Below, in pieces: positions 42,272 to 52,288 of a DNA stretch of 64,000 nt (position 1 is the first letter of the stretch; each line of letters opens with the position of its first letter). Under the pieces are notes generated by a model that saw nothing but the letters and a program-made list of their open reading frames with translations, had not been told where the DNA came from and did no database searches. Location of the stretch: positions 1 to 64,000 of the IMG/VR virus record IMGVR_UViG_3300034025_000053. One strand, 5' to 3'. Made by a program: the position numbers and the translations under genes. The DNA is from a virus.

Positions 42272-44842
42272 ATGATTGCAGTCGGTTCGGCGCTTACCAC
42301 CATCACCCTGAAAAACACCACGACGAGCGCGCTCACGAACGAGCCGGTCACGTTTGGCCAGGTTTTCACGGAGGGTGATTTCCCAGCGACGGGTGCCGCG
42401 GTCGAGTTGCGTGCACCGGATAACTCGATCATCGCGTGCCAGCTCGACGCGAAGAACACCCATGCCGACGGCTCGCTGCGTCACGCCATACTGTCGGCCA
42501 TCATTCCATCCCTCGCGGCGTCGGCGTCGGTCACCTATTCGATCCTGCGCAAAACCGCTGGTGCAGCTGGTACACCAGTCTTACCAGCCGATTTTACCGG
42601 CCTGAATGCGACAGTGCTGCTGAGCGACAACGGCGCTGATGTCTCAGGCCCGAACGCGGGTACCGCCTACACTGCGGACGCGGCTGCGCTTCTAACCGCC
42701 GGCACGTACGAGACGTGGCTCTCTGGCCCGATTGTCAGTGAGTGGCTGTTGCGCGTGCCGTTCAAGACGGCCGTTGGCCAGGAGCACCCCGACCTGCACG
42801 CTCGGATCAACATCCGCGCCTACGCTGGCCAGTCGCGCGCCAAGATTGACTACGTCATCGAAAACTGCTGGGCAAAAGAGCGAACCACCCCCCTCGGAAA
42901 CAATCCGTGGGAAGCAGTATCCGTCTCGCACAAGGTTTATTCCTTTAGCCTCAAGGCTGGGAACACCACCGTCTACGATCGCAGCGAGCAAGGGTATGTT
43001 CGCACGAAGCTGACGTTCAATAACAACGGCGTCTACGACGGCAACCAGACTGGCATCCCGAACACATCAACCGTGTACACGGCAACCATCACCGTCGACG
43101 GCGTTCCCAAAGCTATTTCTATCGTCGGATCTTCCGCCCAGACGTTCCTGCAGCTGCGCAACCAGATCAACACGCAGCTGGGCGGCGCGGCGACCGTCAC
43201 CGGCGACACCACGATGTTGGGCCTGATTTTCCGGTCTGCTACCTTCGGCGCCGGATCCAGCGTGTCGATCGACTATGGAACCCTGTTCCCTGCGCTGTCG
43301 CACTCTACGCTGTACCGCCCTATTCGTGGCGATGAGGTGATCCACTACGCCGGCACGCGCTGGAAAAAAACGTTCTGGTGGGGCGCAGAATCGAAGCTGC
43401 ATGTCGCGCACAACAAGACGTACTTGATGGCGTCGAAGGCAGTTCCGAACTACAAGGCGGACCTCGTCGGGAACGCGGCAAAGATCGCCACCAACCTGGC
43501 CAACATCACCCTAAATGGCGATATCGGGTCCTCCGGTATCACCAAGGCGAACATGGCCGATGTCGGATACGCGCCAGGCATCGGCATTCTGCCTGAGTGG
43601 GCGGCAATGTACCTGGTCAATCAGGATCAGGCCGCCAAGACGACCATGCTCAAGCAGGCAGACCTGCAAGGATCGTGGCCTATCCACATCCGCGATTTCG
43701 TGACCGATAAGCCGATCAGCTTTGAGAAGTGGCCGTACGCGACGTTTTCTCCAAACGGGGGCGACAGCTACAACCCGGCCAAAGGGGTCCAGGAGAAGTT
43801 GCCATCGGGCGCAGCCAATACCGCGATCCCGCTTAACACCAACTTGCCCGACACGTCGCACCACCCTGATTTCTGCTTCTTGCCTTACCTGGTTACAGGA
43901 GACCATTTTTACCTGGACGGCCTGCTGTTCTACCATCGTTTTCTTGGGCTGAACAGCAACCCGGCCACGACGTTCCGCGAAAACAAAAAGTGCCTCTGGC
44001 GGAGCGACCAGCCACGCGGTCAGGCTTGGTATATGCGCTCGACCGTCCACGCCGCGTACATTATCCCGACGAGCCACCCGCTGCGCGCCGAGATTCTCTA
44101 CTGCCTCGACTCGAACGTGGCCTGGTACGGCACCAACTACGTGGCCTCCAACGGCATCTATCACAACGTGTTCGGATTCATCTACCACGGAAGCACGGGC
44201 CTTCCGTACACGATGGGAGGCGCAGCCAGCACCGGCGGCGCGCCATGGATGGACGATTTCTTCACGTCCGCAGCCGGCCGCGGTGTCGAACTGGGCTTTT
44301 CCACCCTGCTGCCGCTGCTGCAGTTCAAGGCCAGGTGTGTGGCAGGCCGCTTGACATCTGGTGCTGCATTCTGCTGGCAGATGGCCACCGCCTACACGTT
44401 GCGGTTCCGCGCAGTCAACGGGGGCGCTTTGTATAGCAGCTGGGCCGAAGTCTTCCAGGTTTCCGTTGCCGCCAGCATCGTCGCCGCAACCTGCGGCACG
44501 CAGGAGATGGCGACGGCGATCAGCGGGCAGCTCGGTTATACGATCTCCCAGAACGCGATGAGCGGCTACCCGAATGAGATGAGCGGCTACCCGGCAAACA
44601 TGCAGCCAGCCGTCGCGTACTGCGCGACCTACGACACCGTGAGCGGCGACGACGCCTGGACGGTCTTCGACGCGCGCACCATGCAGCCGGATTACAACCT
44701 CGGGCCGCAGTTCGCGATCGTGCCGCGCACCGCAGAAACCACGGAAGAGCCACCGGACGAGCCAGCCCCTGAGCAAACGTCTCCGGCCGACGTCTACGCT
44801 GTTGCCTCTGGTATGCCGATCTACGGCGGCCGTGCTGCTTAA
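42272..44842 (+). CDS. large hypothetical virion/surface protein (856 aa), possible polysaccharide-degrading enzyme
   Basis: Track ORF. No catalytic motif recognised by eye. The enzyme idea comes from size and neighbourhood only. Confidence 0.6.
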   Translation: MIAVGSALTTITLKNTTTSALTNEPVTFGQVFTEGDFPATGAAVELRAPDNSIIACQLDAKNTHADGSLRHAILSAIIPSLAASASVTYSILRKTAGAAGTPVLPADFTGLNATVLLSDNGADVSGPNAGTAYTADAAALLTAGTYETWLSGPIVSEWLLRVPFKTAVGQEHPDLHARINIRAYAGQSRAKIDYVIENCWAKERTTPLGNNPWEAVSVSHKVYSFSLKAGNTTVYDRSEQGYVRTKLTFNNNGVYDGNQTGIPNTSTVYTATITVDGVPKAISIVGSSAQTFLQLRNQINTQLGGAATVTGDTTMLGLIFRSATFGAGSSVSIDYGTLFPALSHSTLYRPIRGDEVIHYAGTRWKKTFWWGAESKLHVAHNKTYLMASKAVPNYKADLVGNAAKIATNLANITLNGDIGSSGITKANMADVGYAPGIGILPEWAAMYLVNQDQAAKTTMLKQADLQGSWPIHIRDFVTDKPISFEKWPYATFSPNGGDSYNPAKGVQEKLPSGAANTAIPLNTNLPDTSHHPDFCFLPYLVTGDHFYLDGLLFYHRFLGLNSNPATTFRENKKCLWRSDQPRGQAWYMRSTVHAAYIIPTSHPLRAEILYCLDSNVAWYGTNYVASNGIYHNVFGFIYHGSTGLPYTMGGAASTGGAPWMDDFFTSAAGRGVELGFSTLLPLLQFKARCVAGRLTSGAAFCWQMATAYTLRFRAVNGGALYSSWAEVFQVSVAASIVAATCGTQEMATAISGQLGYTISQNAMSGYPNEMSGYPANMQPAVAYCATYDTVSGDDAWTVFDARTMQPDYNLGPQFAIVPRTAETTEEPPDEPAPEQTSPADVYAVASGMPIYGGRAA

Positions 44843-44869
44843 ATAATTCTACAAAAAGGGGTCTGCAAC

Positions 44870-47251
44870 ATGGCTGTCAATCGTAACGAACGAACTTACC
44901 CGCTTGTCCTCAAGAGCGACCCGATCAATGTAGGCCTTGCTTCGGCCTTCGATTGGGCGGCAGAGGACGGCAGCACCACCACGTCTCACGGCAAAGACCA
45001 TAGCGGCTTTGGCCGCCACCTGACCGCCGCGCCGGCAACGCCAACGATTGTTCAGACTTCTGTCGGCAAGGGGCGCGACACAACCATCGGGCGCACCACC
45101 ACGTTCAATGCATATACCGGTGCTGGTGTCGCGACGATTGGCCTGGATGTGGGCACGGGTGACTACACGATTTGGCATCGCCTGCGCACACCTAGTGTTG
45201 CGGCTACGACAAACCAGCAGTATCGGATTCTGCGGCTGACAGACAGCGCGGGCGACAAGATCCTCATCTACATGTACGAGGTCTCCACTACTGGTGCTTG
45301 GCATTGGTACGTAGTGATCGGCGGAACGGTAGTTCTTAACTGGTCCAGCACTGGCAATCCATTGCTGGCAGCGAATACAATCACCGATCTGCATATCACA
45401 AGTATCGCTGGTACGGTTCGTTGCAGCGTCAACGGAGTGCTGCTCACGACGACGGCCAAAGCGATTAGTCTGCTGACGACAACGGGTGGCTCTCAGCTTG
45501 CAATCGGCAACTTCGAAAATCTGTCAAAAGCTGACGTCGTGCACATCGACTCGGGCTTCTGGACCCGCGGGTTCAGCCCCAGTGAAGTTACGGCGCACCA
45601 GGCGAACCCGTATTCATACTACAACTACGCATCAACGCCTGATACCATCACCGTAGCGGCACCGGTCGCAAGTTCGTCTGTTAGCGGAGTTGGCTTCACC
45701 GTTTCTGGAACCTATGCCGGCGGCACATCCGTTACCTCTGTTGAGGCGTCATTCAACGGCGGCGCATACGTCACTATTGCGAGTGGCGCCGGTTCGTTCT
45801 CGGGCCAGATGACAGGCCAGGCTGGTGGCACTGGCCCGCTGATCGTGCGTACGAAAAACGGCGCAGCTGTCGTCGCCAGTACCACCGTTAATAACGTGAC
45901 AGTCGTAACCGATAGCATCGCATTTAGCTGGGTTGGCGACACCAAATTTGGCGCGCAACCTTGGCGCATGTTCCAGCGGGACGCGAACGGCCAATCGGCT
46001 GTACGCATCACCGGAACATATACCGGCACGCCAACATCGATCGAGTATCGCTGGGGTACTGGCGCCTGGACCACTCTGATTGCATCGCCAACTGGCGGCG
46101 TGTTCGACCAAGCTGTGATGCTCCAGGGCCCCGGCCAGAAGACACTCTCGGTTCGGTTCGGGAATAGCACGGGCATTACCGCTGATATGCCTTACGTCGG
46201 CGTGGGCCGGGTTTTCATTGCGGCCGGACAGTCCAACAACGTTGGCTCATCGCCGATCTTTGTGCAGCCAGTTGCACCTTCGGCTCACCCGGAATGGTTG
46301 CCACCCAAGCTTGCTAAAGACGGCGTGTGGAAGCAGCACAAGGAGCAGGCCGACGATCCCTTCGACAACCGGACGAACGCAACTTACCCTGTGCAGGGTT
46401 CAGGTACTCCAACCGGCTCGTACTTCGGCGTCCTGGCGACGAAGATCATGGAGGCGGGCTGGCCTGTTGCCTTCGTGCCTTGTGCTCTTGGATCGACCGG
46501 CATTGCCGCGTGGGCTGTAAGCGCATCTACATCATCGTTGTACGGCGCGATGCTGGCGCGCGCGCAGCAGATCGGCGCGCACGAGCGTGTGATTTGGTGG
46601 CAGGGCGAGGCCGAGGCCGATGCCGGCAACAACATGTCGCAGGCAGCATACGAGACCAACCTCAATGCGCTGATCGACCACTATCACGGTGTGACGGGCG
46701 TTAAGTGGTTCATCTGTGCGATCAACACCTCAGCGGCCGGCACAAACGCGGCAGCAATCAACGCTGCCGCGCTCAATGTGGCCGCGACGAACCCGCGCGT
46801 TAGTGGTTCCTGCAACATGGCTGGCGCCTTCACTGGTGACATCCACTACGACACATCGACCGATATCAACGAGGTAGCAACGCGGGTTTTCACCGCGCTT
46901 CAGAGTAGCGATGGCGTACAGCCTCATACTCTGGTGGGAGCCGCTTGTGTTCAGGCAAACGCGTCGTCTGGTGGCGCAGTGGCGATGGGCTTCTCCTTCA
47001 CGACCGCTCAGCTCGGCAACAACACGTCAACCGGCTGGCCACCTGGCACTCCACTGCACTGGCAATGGCATCAAGGTGGGCGCATCGGCCAGGCATCGAC
47101 CAGCGTGACGTACGGTACCGGCACGCTGAATGCCGAAGGTCGACTCGTTGCGCCTGGCCTTCCAGCCGGCGCTGGGTACCTGCTGGCTGCTATTCGAGGG
47201 GCAAACTACACCCTCGACGACCCGTATTACGAACCCGGAACGGCGGCATAA
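44870..47251 (+). CDS. LamG-like + Ig-like + SASA/SGNH-type carbohydrate O-acetylesterase protein (793 aa)
   Basis: Esterase block VFIAAGQSNNVGS (GQSN at 46225-36), CALGSTGIAAW, IWWQGEAEA. The N-terminal third has a LamG-like pattern. The middle has Ig-like beta repeats. Confidence 0.75.
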   Translation: MAVNRNERTYPLVLKSDPINVGLASAFDWAAEDGSTTTSHGKDHSGFGRHLTAAPATPTIVQTSVGKGRDTTIGRTTTFNAYTGAGVATIGLDVGTGDYTIWHRLRTPSVAATTNQQYRILRLTDSAGDKILIYMYEVSTTGAWHWYVVIGGTVVLNWSSTGNPLLAANTITDLHITSIAGTVRCSVNGVLLTTTAKAISLLTTTGGSQLAIGNFENLSKADVVHIDSGFWTRGFSPSEVTAHQANPYSYYNYASTPDTITVAAPVASSSVSGVGFTVSGTYAGGTSVTSVEASFNGGAYVTIASGAGSFSGQMTGQAGGTGPLIVRTKNGAAVVASTTVNNVTVVTDSIAFSWVGDTKFGAQPWRMFQRDANGQSAVRITGTYTGTPTSIEYRWGTGAWTTLIASPTGGVFDQAVMLQGPGQKTLSVRFGNSTGITADMPYVGVGRVFIAAGQSNNVGSSPIFVQPVAPSAHPEWLPPKLAKDGVWKQHKEQADDPFDNRTNATYPVQGSGTPTGSYFGVLATKIMEAGWPVAFVPCALGSTGIAAWAVSASTSSLYGAMLARAQQIGAHERVIWWQGEAEADAGNNMSQAAYETNLNALIDHYHGVTGVKWFICAINTSAAGTNAAAINAAALNVAATNPRVSGSCNMAGAFTGDIHYDTSTDINEVATRVFTALQSSDGVQPHTLVGAACVQANASSGGAVAMGFSFTTAQLGNNTSTGWPPGTPLHWQWHQGGRIGQASTSVTYGTGTLNAEGRLVAPGLPAGAGYLLAAIRGANYTLDDPYYEPGTAA

Positions 47252-47252
47252 T

Positions 47253-48584
47253 ATGCTACGAAATCTCAGGAAAAAATCCGGCAGCATGGGTATTTGCGGC
47301 ACCTACCGGGTCGGGGTGCTGGCTGCGGCGCTGCCGACGGGATTTCCCCTGGCCGGGCTTATCAACAATGACGTGAGCGGCGCGGACCCGGTCGGGTGTC
47401 TCTACCGCGTCGAGGTCCTGCAGAAACCGACCGCGGGCGTGCTCACGATTGCGGAGAACGGCGCGTTCAGTTTCACCGGCGCACCAGACGGTGTCTATAC
47501 CGGCCCGCTGATCAACTATAAAAATGATGTTCCGGAAGATGGTTCATATAGCTTCACCATCGGTGGAGCCGCAACGTACACCCTCTTGGGGGCCGGCAGT
47601 TCCGTTACCAACCTTTCGTCCACTGGTGCAGCATCGCAGGTTCACGGCCTAACTGGTGCGCCTGGCGTTCAGGCAAACGGATCGCCAGGCAGCGCAGTAT
47701 CGCAAGGGAATATGTTGGTCGGCGCGGCGAGCTCGGTGGCTAACACGTCACCTGCTGCTGTGGTCACGCAAACCCAGGTGCTGGTTGGGACGGCGAGCAC
47801 GGGCAACAACACGTCGCCACCTTTCGCGGTCACGCAAGGGCATGCCCTGATAGGCACAGCGAGCACCAGTTCGAATACATCTCCGGCGGCCGCAGTGACG
47901 CAGACCCAGCAGCTGGCCCAGGCCGCGGCGGTCCAGTCGAATGCGAGTGCTGCAGGCGCTGTGGCGCAAGTCCAGACTCTGGCTGGCAGCAACGTCTCCC
48001 AGTCGAACTTCGCGATTGTTGGCGCGCTGAACTCAGGCGTTCAGATCATGGCGGCGGCGCCGGCTTCGCAGTCGAATCTGGTGGGATCGGGTTCTGTGGG
48101 GCAGATCCATGCCCTCCAACAGGACGGGAGCGCAGGAACAGCGGTGTCCGCTCCGGGCGCCATCAGCCAGGCCTACGAGCTGAAAGGCTCCTCCGTGTCC
48201 GGAGGGCATCAGTCAGCGTCTGCTGGCGTAAGCCTGGTGCAGGTTTTGTCCTCCAGCCCCACTGTCCAGGGCAACAGCGCCTCGCCAGGCTACGTGGATA
48301 TCGGGTTCAACTTCCGCACAACGCCGAGCGACCAGATCAATCTGAGCGAGGCCGGGCCAATTATCGTCACGCACACGCTCGTGACATCAGGATCAAGCCA
48401 GTCGAATCCGTCTATGGGATCCGCAGTGATGCAGGTTCACGGCCTGAGCGGGTTGGATCTGGTCCAGAAAAACGAGGTTCCTACGGTCGACCTGACGGGC
48501 CGCGTGACGATCTATATGCCCCCTCCAGGGCAGGTCTTCAAATTCTCGTCAGGTGGAAATGGTTCGTCGTCAGAGTATTGGTAA
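47253..48584 (+). CDS. repeat protein with about 12 tandem 22-aa (66-nt) units (443 aa; alternative start 47286)
   Basis: Period confirmed at nucleotide level (CAG/CAA at 47637, 47703, 47769). Unit consensus is G-x-S-S-V-x-N-x-S-x-x-G-A-V-S-Q-x-x-x-L-x. Confidence 0.6.
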   Translation: MLRNLRKKSGSMGICGTYRVGVLAAALPTGFPLAGLINNDVSGADPVGCLYRVEVLQKPTAGVLTIAENGAFSFTGAPDGVYTGPLINYKNDVPEDGSYSFTIGGAATYTLLGAGSSVTNLSSTGAASQVHGLTGAPGVQANGSPGSAVSQGNMLVGAASSVANTSPAAVVTQTQVLVGTASTGNNTSPPFAVTQGHALIGTASTSSNTSPAAAVTQTQQLAQAAAVQSNASAAGAVAQVQTLAGSNVSQSNFAIVGALNSGVQIMAAAPASQSNLVGSGSVGQIHALQQDGSAGTAVSAPGAISQAYELKGSSVSGGHQSASAGVSLVQVLSSSPTVQGNSASPGYVDIGFNFRTTPSDQINLSEAGPIIVTHTLVTSGSSQSNPSMGSAVMQVHGLSGLDLVQKNEVPTVDLTGRVTIYMPPPGQVFKFSSGGNGSSSEYW

Positions 48585-48605
48585 CCGAAAAGATTTGGAG
48601 TTTTA

Positions 48606-49715
48606 ATGGCAATCACCCTCGAACCAGGTCAAAGCGTCGTTCTTGTCGAGCAGGACAAGGACGCAACGAAGCCGTATCGCTTCCAGCTGGGGTCGTTTCT
48701 TTCGCCCGGGGATCCTCTCGTGGCGGCCACCTGGACGTCCGATAGCCCTATCCAAATCTCAAATTCCACGCACGACGCTACCGACGTGGTGGCGTTCTTC
48801 GCTTGTCTCGGCGCCCTTCCCAAGACCTGGTATGCGTGCACCCTGACCTGGACGGCCCAGTCGGGCGCCAGCGATCAGATCGTGGTTCGCATCTTCATCA
48901 AGGAGGACGCCGAGCTTGCCGAGGTGCTTGGCTCAGCCTTGTTCCCGAACAAATTCACGGCCGTTGCGCAGATGCGCCGCGACCGCCTGATGGTCGCAGC
49001 CCAGAACCATTTTGCCGGCATCAAACTGGAAAGTGCATACATCTGGGAAAAACTTCGCGCGGCCGAGGCGCAAGTATCGCGCACGCTACGGGTCAAGTTT
49101 CAGCCAACCATCTTTTTCCCGCTGGAGCCAACGCAGGAGCAGATCAACGCGCTGAACGGTATGCCGTGGGAGGTCGACCCGGGCTACGACTACGACCCGG
49201 CCATGTACCGCGCCGATCGCTGGGGCTTCTTCCAGACGCACCACCTTCCGATCCAGTCGGTCGAGAGCCTACGATTTGCCTACCCATCGACCGGCGGCAC
49301 CGTGTTTGACATCCCCGACGAGTGGCTGCAGCTGCACAAGAAGTATGGGCACGTCCAGATCGTGCCGATTTCGCCTACAGCTGCTGCGATGCTGAACCCG
49401 TCGATGCTGAGCATCATCAGTTCGGGCAAGGTGATCCCGAACATGATCCAGATCACGTACACGGCCGGCCTGAAGAACGCGGCGGAGGATTATCCCGAGC
49501 TGGTCGACGTCGTGAAGAAGCTGGCCGTTCTCAAGGCGATCGAGGACGGCTTCCTGCCGCAGACCGGATCCATCAGCGCCGACGGCCTGTCCCAGTCGAT
49601 GAGCATGGACATGGGCAAGTACGAGGACGCGATCGACGCGGTCCTGAACGGTGGCGCCGGCACCAACGGCGGCCTGAAAGCAGCGATCCACGGCATCCGT
49701 CTGGCGGTGATGTAA
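48606..49715 (+). CDS. hypothetical virion protein (369 aa)
   Basis: Track ORF with RBS TGGAG. Confidence 0.6.
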   Translation: MAITLEPGQSVVLVEQDKDATKPYRFQLGSFLSPGDPLVAATWTSDSPIQISNSTHDATDVVAFFACLGALPKTWYACTLTWTAQSGASDQIVVRIFIKEDAELAEVLGSALFPNKFTAVAQMRRDRLMVAAQNHFAGIKLESAYIWEKLRAAEAQVSRTLRVKFQPTIFFPLEPTQEQINALNGMPWEVDPGYDYDPAMYRADRWGFFQTHHLPIQSVESLRFAYPSTGGTVFDIPDEWLQLHKKYGHVQIVPISPTAAAMLNPSMLSIISSGKVIPNMIQITYTAGLKNAAEDYPELVDVVKKLAVLKAIEDGFLPQTGSISADGLSQSMSMDMGKYEDAIDAVLNGGAGTNGGLKAAIHGIRLAVM

Positions 49716-50356
49716 TGTTCCTCAACGCGGCGGCCTTTAACAAGCACCTCGAGCACATGGGCCAGAAAGTCTCGTGGCGGAAGGCTTTTGCTTGCCCGTG
49801 CCGTAACCCCACATCAGAGGCATCGGACCCAAAGTGCCCACATTGCTCCGGAAAGGGCTACCTGTGGGATCCAGCGCACGACAGTGTCGTCGGCATCGCC
49901 GGGTCCAACATTCAGCGACAGTGGGCGCAATTCGGCCTCTACCAGTCTGGCGACTCCGTGGTCTCCATCCCAGAGAACTCGCCCCTGTACGAGATGGGCC
50001 AGAACGACCGCGTCGTTATGTTGAACGCGACCGAGCACTTCTCGCAGACGCTGATCCATGGCCATCCCACAGAGCGGCTGACCGGGACTGTCGAATCGAT
50101 CATCAGGGTGTTCTGGCTCGATGCGCAGAAAAAACTGATCCAGGGCGGGATCCCGACAGTGGCCGACAACGGCCGGCTGACGTGGGATTCGCTCGAGCCG
50201 CCCGCGGGAACGCAGTACGGTGTGAGCGGCGTGAAGTTCTCGGAATTCTACTGCTGGGGCAACTACCCGTCGAACCGCAACGAGCACCAGGGCGCCAGGC
50301 TGCCAAAACGGGTCGTGCTGCGCAAATTCGACCTCTGGGGTAGGAACGTCGACTAA
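49715..50356 (+). CDS. hypothetical virion protein with a CxC...CxxC motif (213 aa)
   Basis: ATG at 49715 overlaps the upstream TAA. Internal start of track ORF 49322..50356. Confidence 0.6.
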   Translation: MFLNAAAFNKHLEHMGQKVSWRKAFACPCRNPTSEASDPKCPHCSGKGYLWDPAHDSVVGIAGSNIQRQWAQFGLYQSGDSVVSIPENSPLYEMGQNDRVVMLNATEHFSQTLIHGHPTERLTGTVESIIRVFWLDAQKKLIQGGIPTVADNGRLTWDSLEPPAGTQYGVSGVKFSEFYCWGNYPSNRNEHQGARLPKRVVLRKFDLWGRNVD

Positions 50357-51198
50357 CCCTTCAGCGTGAGCTTGACGGCCTCGCTGAAGGCTGCCTCGGC
50401 CTTCGGCTGCATGGCGTCCGACACCTTCTTTGCAATGAACTGCCCGGGCTGAGCCGGTATGATCCACCCCTGGCTACCCTCCATCATGATCCTGAACGTC
50501 ATGTAAGCGCTCGACTTGGCGCCGCCTGGCGTGCTGGTGTTCATCCGGACCATGCCGGCCATGCGCTTGCTGGTGGCCGCGTCCGCGCCACCCTTCTTCA
50601 GCGCGGCACCGGTCAGGCGGCTGCCCCACTGGTAGGACCGGCTCGCCACCATGGCGTGGCTTTTGGTGACAGGGTTCGACAGGTAGGCGCTCTGCTTCTT
50701 CGAGGCGTGCATACCCGATTTCGGGGAAAGGTTGGTGATCTCGCCGGCCGGGCGCTGGCTCTCGGCCATGACGCGAGACATGCTCATCTTGGTCGCCTGG
50801 GACCGCACGCCGGCGGGCATGCTGCCGACCGTGTGTCGGAACGGGATAACGAGGAATCGCTTTCCACTCTTCGTGCGCCGCACCTTTTCGCTCGTGTCGA
50901 GCATCTTTTTCAGGTCGCGCGCCGGGCGCCCGGTTTCGATCTCCTCGGCGTGCTTGTACTCGGTCGATACCTCCGCCGAGAATGGCCCAGTCATCTTCCA
51001 GCTGATGGACGCGGCGTACGGGTCCTTTTCCCCGCTCCAGAGCTTCGAGCGCAGGACGGCCTCTTGCCAGCTCGACTGGGTTTCCTGGGCGACGGCGCGC
51101 ACCGCCTGGTTGAGAAGCGGCATGACCTGGGCGTTGATGATGTCGCCAGCGCCCTGCATGAGGCCGGTTAGGTTCACGGCGATTTTAAATTGAGCCAT
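50353..51198 (-). CDS. hypothetical protein (281 aa) on the minus strand inside the structural module
   Basis: Track ORF 50353..51255, started at MAQFKIAVNL (51198). Convergent, with a 4-nt overlap with the + gene ending at 50356. Confidence 0.55.
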   Translation of the reverse strand: MAQFKIAVNLTGLMQGAGDIINAQVMPLLNQAVRAVAQETQSSWQEAVLRSKLWSGEKDPYAASISWKMTGPFSAEVSTEYKHAEEIETGRPARDLKKMLDTSEKVRRTKSGKRFLVIPFRHTVGSMPAGVRSQATKMSMSRVMAESQRPAGEITNLSPKSGMHASKKQSAYLSNPVTKSHAMVASRSYQWGSRLTGAALKKGGADAATSKRMAGMVRMNTSTPGGAKSSAYMTFRIMMEGSQGWIIPAQPGQFIAKKVSDAMQPKAEAAFSEAVKLTLKG

Positions 51199-51207
51199 GA
51201 GGCCAAG

Positions 51208-51224
51208 TTTAGCGTCACGCCACC
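51208..51224 (-). promoter_or_regulatory. GGCGTGACGCTA motif copy in inverse orientation, upstream of the minus-strand 51198 gene
   Basis: The minus strand reads ggtGGCGTGACGCTAaa. It forms an inverted pair with the + copy at 51231. Confidence 0.4.
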
Positions 51225-51230
51225 TGCGGG

Positions 51231-51250
51231 CATCGTCGTGACGCCAACAT
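51231..51250 (+). promoter_or_regulatory. CGTCGTGACGCCAACAT motif copy at the 51249 gene start
   Basis: atCGTCGTGACGCCAACAT, ending in the ATG. Confidence 0.45.
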
Positions 51251-52076
51251 GCCATTCATGATTTCGTTCATCCAATCGGTCGCCGCTGGAAATGCGCTCA
51301 GGGTTTTCCTTGAGCCGTTGGCCGGCGCGCGCCGGTGGCGCCTGCTGCGGAAGATCTCGGATACGTTCTCCGGAGCCGCGGACGTGGACGCCTTGCTGGT
51401 CTACGAGGGCGACGACCGGCCGATCCTTGACATTCAAGGCCTGGTGAACGGCACGCTGTACCACTACCGACCCTACTACCTGATCGGACCCGACTGGACT
51501 GCGGGCGCGACGGTAACCGGCACGCCGGCCACCACTTTCGAAGATATGGCCGTCGACGTGCTGTCCCTGGTGCGAGAACGGCTCGACCTCGGGCTGCAAG
51601 TTGAGGTGGCGCGGGGCAGCCTGCTGCACGACGAGGGGCACATCAAGGTGCTCACGGCGCCGCCGACCTCCGACTCCACCGTCTGGCCCATCGTCACCGT
51701 ACACCTGCAGGACGAGTCGCAGGCCGAGCGCGCGATCGGAGAAATGATCGGCGCCGATGATTTCAGCGACGATCTCTGGACCGAGAAAGAGGGTTGGCTG
51801 GCCCGTACCCAGTTGTCCATCATGGGCTGGTCGCTGAACCCTGACGAGCGGATCGAACTGCGCAAAGCGCTGCGCCGCATCGTCCAGGCGAACCTGTCGA
51901 TCTTCGATTTCGCAGGCCTGGTCCAGGTCGAATTTTCCCAACAAGACACGGAAGACTTCAGCTCGTTCGGCGCGCCGGTCTACCAGGTGCTTTGCACACT
52001 CTCATGCCTCGCACCGTCGCAGGTTGGCGCGAAGGTACGGGCAATTGAAGAAGTTATTACAACAATCACGGAGTGA
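51249..52076 (+). CDS. hypothetical virion protein (275 aa)
   Basis: Track ORF. Confidence 0.6.
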   Translation: MPFMISFIQSVAAGNALRVFLEPLAGARRWRLLRKISDTFSGAADVDALLVYEGDDRPILDIQGLVNGTLYHYRPYYLIGPDWTAGATVTGTPATTFEDMAVDVLSLVRERLDLGLQVEVARGSLLHDEGHIKVLTAPPTSDSTVWPIVTVHLQDESQAERAIGEMIGADDFSDDLWTEKEGWLARTQLSIMGWSLNPDERIELRKALRRIVQANLSIFDFAGLVQVEFSQQDTEDFSSFGAPVYQVLCTLSCLAPSQVGAKVRAIEEVITTITE

Positions 52077-52279
52077 CCATGAGTAAAGAAGAAATCCAGG
52101 CGCCTGCCACGGTCGAGCACATCACGCTCGAGGAATTTTGCACGCGTCTGTCGATGTCCGACAAGCGCGTCGAACTGATCGGTGGCTTCAACTACACCGA
52201 GACCGCCGCAGGCCGCATCAAAGACGCGGAGAGCGACTTCCAAGCGCGCTTCACCGCATTCACCACCAAACCGGTCTAA
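52073..52279 (+). CDS. hypothetical protein (68 aa)
   Basis: Track ORF with an ATGA overlap. Confidence 0.5.
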   Translation: MTMSKEEIQAPATVEHITLEEFCTRLSMSDKRVELIGGFNYTETAAGRIKDAESDFQARFTAFTTKPV

Positions 52280-52288
52280 GGGGCTGCT

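Noticed and set aside
47589-48455. Regular 66-nt periodicity that could be mistaken for a CRISPR-like or satellite array.
   Set aside because: The units are contiguous with no spacers, diverged, in frame, and inside a long ORF. This is a protein tandem repeat.
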